Of a stretch of DNA of 64,000 bases, positions 12,773-23,271 are shown in pieces. The translations under genes were made by a program, and so were the position numbers. The DNA is from Gammaproteobacteria bacterium (GTDB lineage: Bacteria > Pseudomonadota > Gammaproteobacteria > GCA-001735895). The stretch is from assembly GCA_050298595.1 (NCBI GenBank), contig JBNKUM010000067.1:2976-66975 (forward strand), in the 5' to 3' direction. The notes under the pieces were generated by a model. That model did no database searches and was not told where the DNA came from. It saw only the letters and a program-made list of their open reading frames with translations. Numbering within the stretch: the stretch's first letter is position 1; each line of letters opens with the position of its first letter.

Positions 12773-12908
12773 GATTTTCGAGTCATTGCATTCACAACGA
12801 CAGCCTTGAACGAATTAATCGAAGACTCCTTGGTAGTAAAATATATCACTCCGTCATCTAACAATTTAAAATTCAAGAGTTCAGACGCGTGGGTCAATGC
12901 GCCAATAG

Positions 12909-13973
12909 CTACAAAACCACCGGGAATTCCCCATGATGGTAAAAGGCATCTAGCTGATTGCTGCAGGATTCCAGATCAAAGTTGTTATCCGCCAGCCATT
13001 CATCATTGTAGTAGGTATGCTGGTAGCGCTCGCCACTATCGCACAACAGTGATACCACGCTGCCACTTTGACCCTTTTTATGCATCTCTGCCATAACCTG
13101 GAACGATGCGTAAACATTTGTCCCTGTCGATCCTCCACAACGTCGGTTGAGTAATTTCTGCAGGTAGTGGATGGTGGCTATAGAGGCTTCATCTGGAACC
13201 TTTATCATGTTGTCGATAACGCCAGAGATGAATGATGGCTCTACCCTTGGACGACCGATGCCTTCTATACGCGAGCCGCTGTTGATGGCGATGGAAGTAT
13301 CGCCGGTTTTGAAGTAATCGTAAAAAACCGAGTTTTCAGGGTCGGCTACACAGAGCTGGGTATTATGTTTTTTGTAGCGCACATAGCGGCCTAAAGTGGC
13401 CGAGGTGCCTCCGGTGCCAGCACTCATGACCAGCCAGCTGGGTTCGGGAAAGCGTTCGCAGGACATCTGCGCGAATATCGAATCAGCAATATTGTTGTTA
13501 CCGCGCCAGTCGGTGACACGCTCGGCATTAGTGAATTGATCGACATAGTGTCCGTTTAAATCCTCTGCCAGTCGTCTGGCTTCGGTATAGATATCGCCAT
13601 TGTCTACCAGATGGCATTCGCCCTGATAGAAACAGATCTGGCCGATTTTTTCCTGCGAGGTGCCGCGTGGCATTACCGCGATAAAACGCAGGCCTAACAG
13701 CTTGGCAAAATAGGCTTCGGAAACCGCCGTACTACCGGATGAGGATTCAATAATTGCAGTATCTTCATTGATGTTACCGTTACACAGCCCATACAGGAAC
13801 AGGGATCTGGCGAGTCGATGTTTCAGACTGCCGGTAGGGTGAGTGGATTCGTCTTTCAGATAAAAATCTATCTCCGGCAGGGCGGGTAGATCGACCCGGA
13901 TCAGATGGGTATCGGATGAGCGTTGAAAATCGGCTTCTATGGTAGCTATAGCCTGGTTGACCCATTCTCGCAT
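12909..13973 (-). CDS. PLP-dependent fold-type-II enzyme, cysteine synthase / cystathionine beta-synthase family
   Basis: 354 aa with the PLP-lysine region [12 protein letters not shown] and a glycine loop [14 protein letters not shown]. Specific reaction not assignable. Confidence 0.7.
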   Translation of the reverse strand: MREWVNQAIATIEADFQRSSDTHLIRVDLPALPEIDFYLKDESTHPTGSLKHRLARSLFLYGLCNGNINEDTAIIESSSGSTAVSEAYFAKLLGLRFIAVMPRGTSQEKIGQICFYQGECHLVDNGDIYTEARRLAEDLNGHYVDQFTNAERVTDWRGNNNIADSIFAQMSCERFPEPSWLVMSAGTGGTSATLGRYVRYKKHNTQLCVADPENSVFYDYFKTGDTSIAINSGSRIEGIGRPRVEPSFISGVIDNMIKVPDEASIATIHYLQKLLNRRCGGSTGTNVYASFQVMAEMHKKGQSGSVVSLLCDSGERYQHTYYNDEWLADNNFDLESCSNQLDAFYHHGEFPVVL

Positions 13974-14041
13974 TTTTGTCCTCGGTTTGTATACTGACTA
14001 ATTTTTAATTGCAATGATCTTTTATTGCAACTCAGTATAGT

Positions 14042-15244
14042 ATGCCCGCTAACGAAACTAAACAAGAACGCTATATGTTTAACCGCAATCAATTAATCAT
14101 TGTTTATTGCACCATCATTGCATTTGCGATTTTGTACGAGCATCAACCCCTGCTGCCGCTGCTCGCCAAACAATGGGGCCGCTCCTTGAGTGACGCTGCA
14201 CTGCTGACTACGGTAACTATGATTCCACTGGCCCTGGCCCCTTTGATTTACGGTTACTTTCTGGAACGTATTTCATCGCGCCACATGTTGATAGGCGGCT
14301 TTTCTCTATTACTGATCACTCAGGCAATTCTATCAACTGCGCCCGGTTATTCATGGTTTCTGGTATTACGTGCGCTTGAAGGTCTGCTTTTGCCCGCTAT
14401 CTTTACTTCACTGATGACCTATACCTCGGCCAGTGGAGGCTCTCATCATTCGCGCCGCAATATCAGCTTTTATATCGCAGCCACTATCATAGGCGGCTAT
14501 TGTGGTCGTACTCTGACCGGTCTGGTGACCGATCTGTATAACTGGCAAACCTCGTTCTGGATGTGGTCAACCCTGGCTCTGGTCGCTGTCCTCAGTCTAC
14601 TCAAGCTGGATACCGATCCTCGCGGTCAACTGGTTAAGATATCCCTGCCCGAAATACGAAAACTGATCCGTAAGCCGGTGAACCGAGAAGGTCTGATCGG
14701 TGCATTCCTGCTATTTTTTGTCTCAGCCGCGATGATGAACTTCCTGCCCTTTCGCATCTTTGAACTCAAGCCCGATATAACTACAGGTACCATGTCGCTG
14801 GTATATACCGGTTATCTGATAGGTGCTGTTATTTCTGTATTTTCTACCCGTATCATTCCCTTATTCGGTAGTGAAAAGCGTACGCTGCTCACTGCAGCGG
14901 TTATATACGCCACAGGAGCCTTGCTGTTTATGGCTGAACAGATTGCAGTACTTTATCTCGCCATGTTTGTGATGATGGCTGGGATGTTTAGTATCCACAG
15001 CGTGCTTTCAGGCTATCTCAATCATCTGGAATCTTCGCGCAAGGGTATGATTAATGGTTTGTATGTATCCTGTTACTATAGCGGTGGTGTTCTCGGGTCT
15101 TTTGTTCCAGGCCTGCTATACCAATCGGCAGGATGGGTCGCTTTTTGCCTGCTATTGATTAGCCTGATTGGCCTGCTGGGTGTTATGATCTTGCTGATGC
15201 CGAGTTCTGGCAATCACGCAAGTGATAAACTGGTGAGCAGATGA
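14042..15244 (+). CDS. MFS transporter
   Basis: 400 aa with about 12 hydrophobic segments. An alternative start at ATG 14075 (MFNRNQ) is possible. Divergent from the PLP-enzyme gene. Confidence 0.8.
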   Translation: MPANETKQERYMFNRNQLIIVYCTIIAFAILYEHQPLLPLLAKQWGRSLSDAALLTTVTMIPLALAPLIYGYFLERISSRHMLIGGFSLLLITQAILSTAPGYSWFLVLRALEGLLLPAIFTSLMTYTSASGGSHHSRRNISFYIAATIIGGYCGRTLTGLVTDLYNWQTSFWMWSTLALVAVLSLLKLDTDPRGQLVKISLPEIRKLIRKPVNREGLIGAFLLFFVSAAMMNFLPFRIFELKPDITTGTMSLVYTGYLIGAVISVFSTRIIPLFGSEKRTLLTAAVIYATGALLFMAEQIAVLYLAMFVMMAGMFSIHSVLSGYLNHLESSRKGMINGLYVSCYYSGGVLGSFVPGLLYQSAGWVAFCLLLISLIGLLGVMILLMPSSGNHASDKLVSR

Positions 15245-15306
15245 TCTGCCTCATTTTCAAGCAACTACATGCGCCTAAACTGGCGTTTTTCTCTGGGAAC
15301 TGAGCT

Positions 15307-16518
15307 ATGGATTACGATTTAGCTATCATCGGAGCTGGCCCGGCCGGTCTGAGTTTTGCCCTTTCGCTACGCGACAGCGGGCTTAAAATCGTCGTTATTG
15401 AAAAATTGTCTCGCAAGGAACTGGCCGATCCACCGATAGATGGCCGTGATATCGCGCTCACCCATTTATCGCGCCGCCTGATGCAACAGCACGGTAGCTG
15501 GCAAAGAGTCGATGAGCATCAGATTTCACCGATTATCCGCGCCGAGGTTTTCGATGGCGATTCACCCTATACCCTGGGCTTTGATACCCCCTCTGACGAT
15601 ACCGATGCACTCGGCTTTATCATCTCTAACCACCTGATCCGCAAAGCCATCTATGAAGAATTCAGTACGCTGGACAATGCAACCCTGCTGGATGAGTGCA
15701 TGGTCAAACAGGTATCCACTGATGACAACTGCGGCAGTCTGGTGCTGGATAATGGACAAACTCTGCAGGTTAACCTGATTGTCGCTGCGGACACCCGTTT
15801 CTCTGATACGCGTCGCCAGATGGGCATCTCTGCCGGTTCATACGATTTTGGTCGTAGCGCGGTACTGTGCTGGATGGATCATGAACTCAGCCACAACAAC
15901 ACTGCATTTGAATGTTTTCATTATGGGCAGACCCTGGCGATCCTGCCACTGAGCGGCAACCGCAGCTCGGCAGTCATTACTATGCCCTCCAACGAGGTCA
16001 ACCAGATGCTGGGTATGAGCGAAGAGGATTTTAGTCTGGAGATAGAAAACCGTCTGGGTGGAAAACTCGGCAAGATGACTCAGGTTGGCGAACGCTTTAC
16101 CTATCCTCTGGTTGGTGTGCATGCAAACCGTTTTGCCGCCAGACGTTACGCACTCATCGGCGATGCTGCAGTCGGTATGCATCCGGTGACCGCGCATGGT
16201 TTTAATCTGGGGCTAAGTGGCCAGGACATACTCAAGGATGAAATCATCCACGCCATCCAGCATGGACATGCATACTGGGATATCAGTGTGCTTAGACGCT
16301 ACCAGCAACAACATATGCTATCCACCAGACCTCTATATCATGGCACCAATAGCGTGGTGACCCTGTTTACCAACGATAGCTTCCCTGCCACCCTGATTCG
16401 TAAGGCGGTACTACGCTTGAGTAATAACCTGCCACCAATCAAGTGGGCAATAACTCAGAAACTGATGACCAAGAATCATGTAAAACTGACATTGCCGGGG
16501 TTATTGGGACGCAGTTGA
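15307..16518 (+). CDS. UbiH/UbiF/VisC/COQ6-family FAD-dependent monooxygenase
   Basis: N-terminal dinucleotide fold DLAIIGAGPAGLSFA. Family motif ALIGDAAVGMHPVTAHGFNLG. Confidence 0.85.
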   Translation: MDYDLAIIGAGPAGLSFALSLRDSGLKIVVIEKLSRKELADPPIDGRDIALTHLSRRLMQQHGSWQRVDEHQISPIIRAEVFDGDSPYTLGFDTPSDDTDALGFIISNHLIRKAIYEEFSTLDNATLLDECMVKQVSTDDNCGSLVLDNGQTLQVNLIVAADTRFSDTRRQMGISAGSYDFGRSAVLCWMDHELSHNNTAFECFHYGQTLAILPLSGNRSSAVITMPSNEVNQMLGMSEEDFSLEIENRLGGKLGKMTQVGERFTYPLVGVHANRFAARRYALIGDAAVGMHPVTAHGFNLGLSGQDILKDEIIHAIQHGHAYWDISVLRRYQQQHMLSTRPLYHGTNSVVTLFTNDSFPATLIRKAVLRLSNNLPPIKWAITQKLMTKNHVKLTLPGLLGRS

Positions 16519-16712
16519 TCGGGCAGATGCAAATATAACTACCTGTCACCAACCATTGTCGCGAACGCAAGTGAATCGGTCTAACACAGCCAAGTTAAAA
16601 TCCACTGGCTTCGATAACCACCAACAGACTGCCGCGCCTGTCAATTCGTAGTAAAAACAGGAATTCCAGATAGTGTTCGTGAATCACCCTTTGAATGAGT
16701 TATCATTGATTC

Positions 16713-17099
16713 ATGATCACCAAGATACTTTTCACCATTACTATCATCGTTGCAGTTATATTTTATCTGCGCATGAGGAACACTTCAGAAGACTCTACTC
16801 CTGCCAGCGGCAGAGTTCACAGTAGCAAACCCACTGCACCCAGCGAAAATGAGAAAATGTTCCGTCAGGGTGCCTGGCTGTTCCTGATTTTTATGGGCAT
16901 TAGTGCGCTGGTGGTGGTCGTATTTGGCCTGAATGATCAATATACCACTGCCAATGTGCATGTGGTGAATACCCAGACCGGCCAAACAAAGACCTATCAG
17001 GCTGAGATGAAGGATATTAAATCCAACCAGTTCACGACGCTTGAAGGCCGTACCATCTACATCGCAGATATCGAAAGAATGGAAGTTGAACGCGATTAA
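16713..17099 (+). CDS. Hypothetical membrane protein
   Basis: 128 aa with two hydrophobic segments. Ends 44 nt before the likely lipase start, so it is probably co-transcribed with it. Confidence 0.5.
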   Translation: MITKILFTITIIVAVIFYLRMRNTSEDSTPASGRVHSSKPTAPSENEKMFRQGAWLFLIFMGISALVVVVFGLNDQYTTANVHVVNTQTGQTKTYQAEMKDIKSNQFTTLEGRTIYIADIERMEVERD

Positions 17100-17142
17100 C
17101 TTTTGATTGTCGAATTCACTTTATATCCACTACTTTGCATGG

Positions 17143-18045
17143 ATGTTTATGACTACAAAATTTTTCAGGTTTTCGCCCTTTCTGTTTTTCATCTTACTGG
17201 TTAATGTTCATATCTTTCAGTCGGCTAATGCCCAGCAGATTGACTTCAAACAGATTCGACAATTTGCCTCTTTGGCAAAAGCAGCCTATGAACCCGAAGA
17301 TATAATCAAACAGGCGGGGTATTTAGAAGGTTATACCCTAAAGCAGTATCGCAATATTCCTGAGGTTGAAGTCACCTACCTGATCGCTATTGATAAGCTT
17401 ACAAAGCAGCCCGTTATCGCGGTACGTGGCACTTCAAATGTCGAAAACGCCCTGGTCGATATCGCCGTTAAACTGCGTGACGATGAACATGCTGGCATCA
17501 AGTTGCACGAGGGTTTCTCACTATCTGCCAGTAAAATCTATCAGGATATTCAACCCCTGCTTGATAAATCTGGCAAAGTCCATTTAACCGGGCATAGTCT
17601 GGGTGGGGCTGTTGCCGTGATTCTGGCTATGTATCTTGATCATGATGGCTTTAATGTGGGTAAAGTTATTACCTTTGGTCAACCCAAGGTCACCAATATT
17701 GCGGGTAGTCGACAATATACCGATATCAATTTAATCCGCGTGGTAACGCCCAGAGATCTAGTGCCACTGGTACCGCCAATGGATCCATTGGATATTCAAA
17801 ATCTGGATGTCTACTGGCATGGTGGAACAGAAGTATTGCTCAACACCGATAACAGCTATTCAATTCTGCAAGGTACGGCCAGTATGTTACGTGCGACCAA
17901 ATTCACCCAACAGATGCTGGATGAGCAAAATCTGGTGAATCATAAGATGGATTTATATTTAAAGCTGATTGATTCGATGATAAAACAGTCTAAGCAGGTT
18001 CCCTTTGAGAATGACTTCAATCTGTTTAATTTGTTTGGTCAGTAA
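17143..18045 (+). CDS. Secreted class-3 lipase family protein
   Basis: ORF 17107..18045. Start set at ATG 17143, which gives a signal peptide (MFMTTKFFRFSPFLFFILLVNVHIFQSANA). Nucleophile elbow GHSLGGAVA. Confidence 0.75.
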   Translation: MFMTTKFFRFSPFLFFILLVNVHIFQSANAQQIDFKQIRQFASLAKAAYEPEDIIKQAGYLEGYTLKQYRNIPEVEVTYLIAIDKLTKQPVIAVRGTSNVENALVDIAVKLRDDEHAGIKLHEGFSLSASKIYQDIQPLLDKSGKVHLTGHSLGGAVAVILAMYLDHDGFNVGKVITFGQPKVTNIAGSRQYTDINLIRVVTPRDLVPLVPPMDPLDIQNLDVYWHGGTEVLLNTDNSYSILQGTASMLRATKFTQQMLDEQNLVNHKMDLYLKLIDSMIKQSKQVPFENDFNLFNLFGQ

Positions 18046-18079
18046 ACCGCTTTAAACCAGGTGACTTGATAACTAATAT

Positions 18080-18553
18080 CTACGACTGCGCTGCCTGCTC
18101 TTCTCTCAGTTTATCCCGAATCCCCATCAGCAACTTGCCAAAGGCGTTATTGCCGCGCATATCGCGGCCGCTGCCCCAGAAGTAGTCGTACTGGCTTACA
18201 TCAACAATTTCTACCTCGCCTGAATCCAGTAACATTTGCGCAACTTCCGGATGAGTGCGGCATTTGATATACATACCGCGTGTCATATAGGTCACCTTGA
18301 CCATATCCCAGTCCTTGCGCCTTTGGTGTTTTTTGCTTTTGCCCAATTTGGCTGCTTCTTTGGGATGGCTCGTCTGACGGATCTGCGCACTGTATTCGGC
18401 ATCTCCGAATTTCATCGCCTGATAGTAATGCTCAACCGAAGGCCACTCAAAACCATCAAGTTCGAATGCGTGTTTAGAGTAGGAAGCCAGCAGGTGATTG
18501 GGATCATTACGCGTGAGGGTCAGGAGTTTTTTCTCTTTTTGGTCAAAAAACAT
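18080..18553 (-). CDS. NADAR (YbiA/DUF1768) family protein
   Basis: Collinear with E. coli YbiA (WPSVEHYYQAMKF, YFWGSG). ORF extends to 18622, but ATG 18553 (MFFDQKEKK) gives the family-typical ~157 aa. Confidence 0.75.
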   Translation of the reverse strand: MFFDQKEKKLLTLTRNDPNHLLASYSKHAFELDGFEWPSVEHYYQAMKFGDAEYSAQIRQTSHPKEAAKLGKSKKHQRRKDWDMVKVTYMTRGMYIKCRTHPEVAQMLLDSGEVEIVDVSQYDYFWGSGRDMRGNNAFGKLLMGIRDKLREEQAAQS

Positions 18554-18740
18554 TATGCTTTTCCAAATTAGCCATGTGTGGGTAAAATACCATAAAGATT
18601 CCTGATCCAGATTGTTATTCAATTATTGGAGCAAGAATGTCTGAGGCTTTAAACTCCATATTTGAATTTTAACGAATACCTGTTCTCAGTTATTGTCACT
18701 AAACAGGCGTTTATGTCAGTCACCGCTTCAAACAATAAGC

Positions 18741-20369
18741 TCAAGTTTTAACGTCACAGGTTTGACCGGCGATCTTATCTAAATAACTTCTAATATCTCT
18801 TAAAAATTTCTCAAATTTATTTCCAGGCATCTGCTTCAACTGCTCATCCATTACAAAAACAAGGCTTTTTCGGTAAGCATTTTTCGCCAGTCTTACCCTT
18901 TTCTGAAACGCAAAAAATTCATTTTGATCCGGTATTAGTATATGGCTTTTCTGACTATCCTGCTGTAGACGAATCTTGTGAGTAAGAACAAGATCATAAA
19001 TCGAAGATTTAACCGACAGGTTCATTATTTTGACAGGATTACCCGCAACAAAAGGATTTACTTCACCACTATTGTTAGTAATTTTAATAAATCCATCATC
19101 CGTTTCACTTTGTAATTCAACGTATCGAATAGTCTTCCACTTTCCTAAAACAACTAATAGCAACCAGGCAAGAAATGATGGCTTGAGCGGCTTTATTTCA
19201 ATTGCAGTTGCACTAATTTGACTATCACTGGATACAAAAAAACGCAGGAATACTCGTTTACCTAAATACGGCTTGAATCCTTTTGGCTCAAAATCACCCA
19301 ACTTTAAGAAACCCATCTTTTTAATTTCTTTTTCCACTTTATCACAGAATTTTCGCGCAGCCTTATCAAGCTTAGTCGGAGTGAAATCGGCATTCGGGTC
19401 ACGCACATTCTTTGGAATATTCTGAGCGATACTATTCGCAATTTTCTGGTCTGGATTATCCTGCATATCTATATTAATTAATGCGCTGTCTTTTGCTTGA
19501 GTTAATTGATTTTCCTTAACATCTGGTAAATTATTTGCTATAGCACTGTCCTTTAAAACTTCACTCTTTGCTTTAATGTTAAGCAACTCTCCGCGTAGTG
19601 GATTTTCAATCTCCTCAGCGTCATTAAGGCTAACATTCAGACAGTCGTCTCTTTCCTGCTGGATGCTTATTCTAAACTCTTCTGCCTCACTACTAAGAGC
19701 GCTTAAAGCGCTGTCGTATGTGAAAATGGCTAGTTCGAAATCTTTCAGTTGTTTATATAAGCGGGCAATCTTCAGTGGTATTCTGAAATCCTCTTCGTCG
19801 CAATCCATCGCATCATTTAAATCATTTATTGCTTTTTTCAGAGGCCCGACTGCGTAAACTATGCCACAACAATCTTTTAGCTGCTCTTCTGCATCATCAG
19901 GGTGAAGGGAAAGACGTTGGTAAATCGATGCGCGTTCAATGAGTAGATCTTTTTTATTGTCTGGATGCTTTTTGATGGTAGCGTCAACCAGTGATCGCAT
20001 CTCATCGACTCGGTCTAAATCAGCAAGCAAATGAGATTTCTGGGCCAGCAGGGGTAAATTGTTCGGATTATAAAACAGTCCTTTATTAAGCGCTTTAAGC
20101 GCAGTTTCCAGATTTTTGTCTGCCTGATAGATGCGGGATAAACGAATCCATAAACCATAATTTTGTGGGAAAAGCCTGATGCCTTTGCTCAGCATGGCTC
20201 GGGCTTTTCCACGTTCGCCCAAATTTTCGAAGCCAGTAACTACTTCCAGGATGATGTCTAAATTGCTGGCATCTAATTTATACAAATTCTTGAGTATGTT
20301 TAATGCTGCTCTTGGTTTGCCCTCTTTATTCAGCGACCTCGCTTTTTTTAATTCCGCAATACTACCCAT
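18741..20369 (-). CDS. TPR-repeat protein with uncharacterised C-terminal half
   Basis: 542-aa ORF. N-terminal ~230 aa read as TPR-like helical repeats; C-terminal ~250 aa are unrecognised. Markedly AT-rich (spot count 20/60 GC at 19021-19080). Confidence 0.6.
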   Translation of the reverse strand: MGSIAELKKARSLNKEGKPRAALNILKNLYKLDASNLDIILEVVTGFENLGERGKARAMLSKGIRLFPQNYGLWIRLSRIYQADKNLETALKALNKGLFYNPNNLPLLAQKSHLLADLDRVDEMRSLVDATIKKHPDNKKDLLIERASIYQRLSLHPDDAEEQLKDCCGIVYAVGPLKKAINDLNDAMDCDEEDFRIPLKIARLYKQLKDFELAIFTYDSALSALSSEAEEFRISIQQERDDCLNVSLNDAEEIENPLRGELLNIKAKSEVLKDSAIANNLPDVKENQLTQAKDSALINIDMQDNPDQKIANSIAQNIPKNVRDPNADFTPTKLDKAARKFCDKVEKEIKKMGFLKLGDFEPKGFKPYLGKRVFLRFFVSSDSQISATAIEIKPLKPSFLAWLLLVVLGKWKTIRYVELQSETDDGFIKITNNSGEVNPFVAGNPVKIMNLSVKSSIYDLVLTHKIRLQQDSQKSHILIPDQNEFFAFQKRVRLAKNAYRKSLVFVMDEQLKQMPGNKFEKFLRDIRSYLDKIAGQTCDVKT

Positions 20370-20458
20370 TTAAATATCCTGATACAAAAATCTATGGATT
20401 TATATCAAAGCCTTATTTGATAACATTGCTTGTCCTGAAGATAGCCCATGCTCTAACT

Positions 20459-21217
20459 TCAAAAATCATTACTAACTTCTATAATGTCACTCTCCTGAAT
20501 CAAATCACTATAGCGGTCAGTCTCTATTATCTCTATTGCCAGTCCGGCAAAATGTGCAACCTGCTTCTTGTCATTGATGGTATAAGCAACCCATTGCCAT
20601 TCGCCCGGCCAGAGGGCTGATTTTTCATTCGGGCAGATTTCTTCATCAACAAATAAAAATTCTGGTTCCAACTCCTGTGCCATGATGCGATTCTCATCAC
20701 TCCACTCGGGCAACACCCAGCCAACACGTAGATCCTTATCTTTCTGTTTTGCGTAGGCCAGGGCATCATATTCATAAGAAATTAGCACAGCCTGTGAGTG
20801 AATTTTATTGAGCTGTTTTAGAACGAGCTCGACTGCCTTTAATCCAAAGTTATTCAGGCTGGCTTCTTTCAATTCAATAAAACAGATGGCATCCGGCCAC
20901 TGTGACATGAGTTCAATAAACTGCTCTAGCGTTGCAATTCGGCAATCCTGATATTTATTGCCAAAACGCTCAGCATGCCCTGCGGGGAGATCTTTAATCA
21001 CACTATACGCATGATCAGCAACTATGATTTGCTTCCCGGTCACTTTTAGCAGATGAGCGTCATGACTTAGAACCGGGATCGCATCGGCGGTGATCTGTAC
21101 ATCAGTTTCAACATATTTAGCACCAGACTTGAGTGCATGGCTGAAGCCCTGCAGGCTATTTTCAGGGAAAGTTGAGGGTTGGCCTCTATGTGCCACTAAA
21201 GAAACTCGACCCATCAT
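20459..21217 (-). CDS. Glycerophosphodiester phosphodiesterase family protein
   Basis: N-terminal GDPD signature VAHRGQPSTFPENSLQGF...ETDVQITADAIPVLSHD. Confidence 0.8.
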   Translation of the reverse strand: MMGRVSLVAHRGQPSTFPENSLQGFSHALKSGAKYVETDVQITADAIPVLSHDAHLLKVTGKQIIVADHAYSVIKDLPAGHAERFGNKYQDCRIATLEQFIELMSQWPDAICFIELKEASLNNFGLKAVELVLKQLNKIHSQAVLISYEYDALAYAKQKDKDLRVGWVLPEWSDENRIMAQELEPEFLFVDEEICPNEKSALWPGEWQWVAYTINDKKQVAHFAGLAIEIIETDRYSDLIQESDIIEVSNDF

Positions 21218-21423
21218 GGGGCATACTCCTCTTTTATAGTTTCAGGTTGTTTTTTTAGAGAGTATTCAGTATAGCGACAAATCACATGATCTAGTTCAAG
21301 AATGCAGATATTTGTGAATTTTTTTAGAGTGCGTTTAGGTTAAGGGCGAAGCGGGAAGCCAGAGCCAAGCAAAAATCTGTCACTGCGCTCGTGATATACA
21401 GTACATCCTGTACATAACAATGG

Positions 21424-21765
21424 TTAATTCATATAGGCTCTGGCTTCTTCGCCGGGATTGGGTAATCCAGCCATTTTCCACAGATTCAGACAGCTACCAA
21501 ACTGCTGCTTAAGCTCACGTTTATCGAGACCAGCCGACTTACATACGCTACGCATGGGCGGTAATGCACCTAGTCTCATGTATTTATCTCGAATAATGTC
21601 GATCAAATGCCAGTGCTGTTGAACCAGTTCGATGCCAGCTTCTTCCGCTCTACGTACAGTAAAGGATTCGGTCCAGTCGACTGGATTAATCAGATAACCG
21701 TCTTCGTCCAGTATTTGCTTATTCTGCAAATTTTCTATGTTGTTTTCAGTTTGTATATGAAGCAT
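21424..21765 (-). CDS. DsrC/TusE-family protein lacking the C-terminal cysteine
   Basis: 113 aa, collinear with E. coli TusE. It ends MAGLPNPGEEARAYMN where TusE has IAGLPKPVKCI. Confidence 0.7.
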   Translation of the reverse strand: MLHIQTENNIENLQNKQILDEDGYLINPVDWTESFTVRRAEEAGIELVQQHWHLIDIIRDKYMRLGALPPMRSVCKSAGLDKRELKQQFGSCLNLWKMAGLPNPGEEARAYMN

Positions 21766-21869
21766 TTTGGTGCCTCCAATATGGGGTGAGGAGATTATAG
21801 TCAGGCTGCATATATTAAATAAAATAATAAATAATGATTCAATATCATAGTTATTGATACACTCCGCTT

Positions 21870-22790
21870 ATGGAAATCCGTCAACTACAGACTCTGATCA
21901 CCCTGATCAATAATGACTTCAATGTTTCGGTCACTGCTGAAAAGCTATTTCTGGTTCAATCAGCAGTATCTCAACAGTTAAAACGTCTGGAGCTGGAGCT
22001 GGGTAGCGGTTTATTTATACGCAAGGGTAAGCGTATGACCGGCCTCACCCCATTTGGCGAACAGGTCGAACAACTGGCGTATGAAGCAATTCAGGTATTT
22101 AAAAATATTGAACGCCTGGCAGAGGATCAACTGCAACACAGCCAGGGCATACTACGTATTGGCTGTACGCATACTCAGGCGCGCTATATATTGCCAGCCG
22201 TAATCAATCTGTTCAATCGCAGCTACCCGGATGTTGAGCTACAGATGCATCAGGGCAATCCGCAACAGCTGGTTGAATGGGCCGTCCACGATGTAGTGGA
22301 TTTTTCTATCTGCACGGAAGAACTTGCTCAATCAGATAAGCTTGAGAGCATCCCCTGTTATCGTTGGAATCGTTGTCTTATCACTCTGCCTGATCATCCG
22401 ATTCAGCAACTGCAAAAGCCCACACTGGCTGACCTGTGCAAATATCCCATTGTTACCTATGTCGTGGGGTTTACCGGGCGTAAAAGTTTTAATCAAACCT
22501 TCGAAAAAGAAAAGCTTAAACCCAACACCGTACTCAGTGCTGCGGATACCGATATCATCAAGACCTATGTGCTGGATGGATTAGGCATTGGGGTCATCGC
22601 CAGTATGGCTTACAATGAAAACATTGACAAACAGCTTTGCTTTAAAGATTTAAGCCATCTTTTCCCCTGGGAAACCACCCGCATCGCCTACCTGAAAAAT
22701 AAGTATATTCGACGTTATCAGCAAACCTTTATCGATTTGTTTCTGGAAACCATCCGCAAAGATCAAAGCTCCCGGTTCGAAGCCTTATAG
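21870..22790 (+). CDS. LysR-family transcriptional regulator, CysB/Cbl subfamily
   Basis: Strong collinearity with E. coli CysB (THTQARYILP, PCYRWNR, YPIVTYVVGFTGR, TDIIKTYVLDGLGIGVIASMA). Confidence 0.85.
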   Translation: MEIRQLQTLITLINNDFNVSVTAEKLFLVQSAVSQQLKRLELELGSGLFIRKGKRMTGLTPFGEQVEQLAYEAIQVFKNIERLAEDQLQHSQGILRIGCTHTQARYILPAVINLFNRSYPDVELQMHQGNPQQLVEWAVHDVVDFSICTEELAQSDKLESIPCYRWNRCLITLPDHPIQQLQKPTLADLCKYPIVTYVVGFTGRKSFNQTFEKEKLKPNTVLSAADTDIIKTYVLDGLGIGVIASMAYNENIDKQLCFKDLSHLFPWETTRIAYLKNKYIRRYQQTFIDLFLETIRKDQSSRFEAL

Positions 22791-22791
22791 G

Positions 22792-23217
22792 TTAATCAGT
22801 ATCGCGCACCTTCGAACGCAGATTTTTGATCTGTCCTTTATGAGTTTTTGAATCCATACGTTTTCGTTTTGCCGCTCTGGAGGGTTTAGTTGCAATTCGC
22901 TTCTTCTGACTGATGTTGACACTCTTTATCAATTCAGCCAATCGAGCGAATGCATCATCACGATTTTTTTCCTGAGTCCGATATCGTTGCGCCTTAATCA
23001 CTATGACGCCTTCTTTACTGATACGTTTATCCTTCAGATTAAGCAGGCGCTGTTTATAAAAGTCAGGCAGGGACGAACTTTCAATATCAAAGCGGCAATG
23101 TATCGCACTGGAAACCTTATTGACGTTCTGGCCACCTGGACCCTGTGCGCGGATGGCTTCGAGCTCTATCTCGGTTTCGGGCAGTGAAACGTTAGAAGAA
23201 ATCTTTAACGCAATCAT
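22792..23217 (-). CDS. arfB: Alternative ribosome-rescue factor / peptidyl-tRNA hydrolase ArfB (YaeJ)
   Basis: 141 aa with GGQ motif (GPGGQNVNKVSSAI) and a basic C-terminal tail (KPSRAAKRKRMDSKTHKGQIKNLR). Confidence 0.9.
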   Translation of the reverse strand: MIALKISSNVSLPETEIELEAIRAQGPGGQNVNKVSSAIHCRFDIESSSLPDFYKQRLLNLKDKRISKEGVIVIKAQRYRTQEKNRDDAFARLAELIKSVNISQKKRIATKPSRAAKRKRMDSKTHKGQIKNLRSKVRDTD

Positions 23218-23271
23218 ATTGTTCGCATGGGAGGTTAGATATTAATACCTGTATAGCCTTTTGTAGGTTGG

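Noticed and set aside
20303-20620. 105-aa plus-strand ORF bridging the TPR gene start and the GDPD gene end
   Set aside because: It overlaps two opposite-strand genes and AT-rich intergenic DNA. The translation is low-complexity and Leu/Ile/Tyr-rich with no motif.
22770-22785. tRNA T-arm-like strings (ggttcgaa) at 22775 and 42383
   Set aside because: Both lie inside well-supported coding sequences (the LysR regulator and the transposase), and no cloverleaf context surrounds them.
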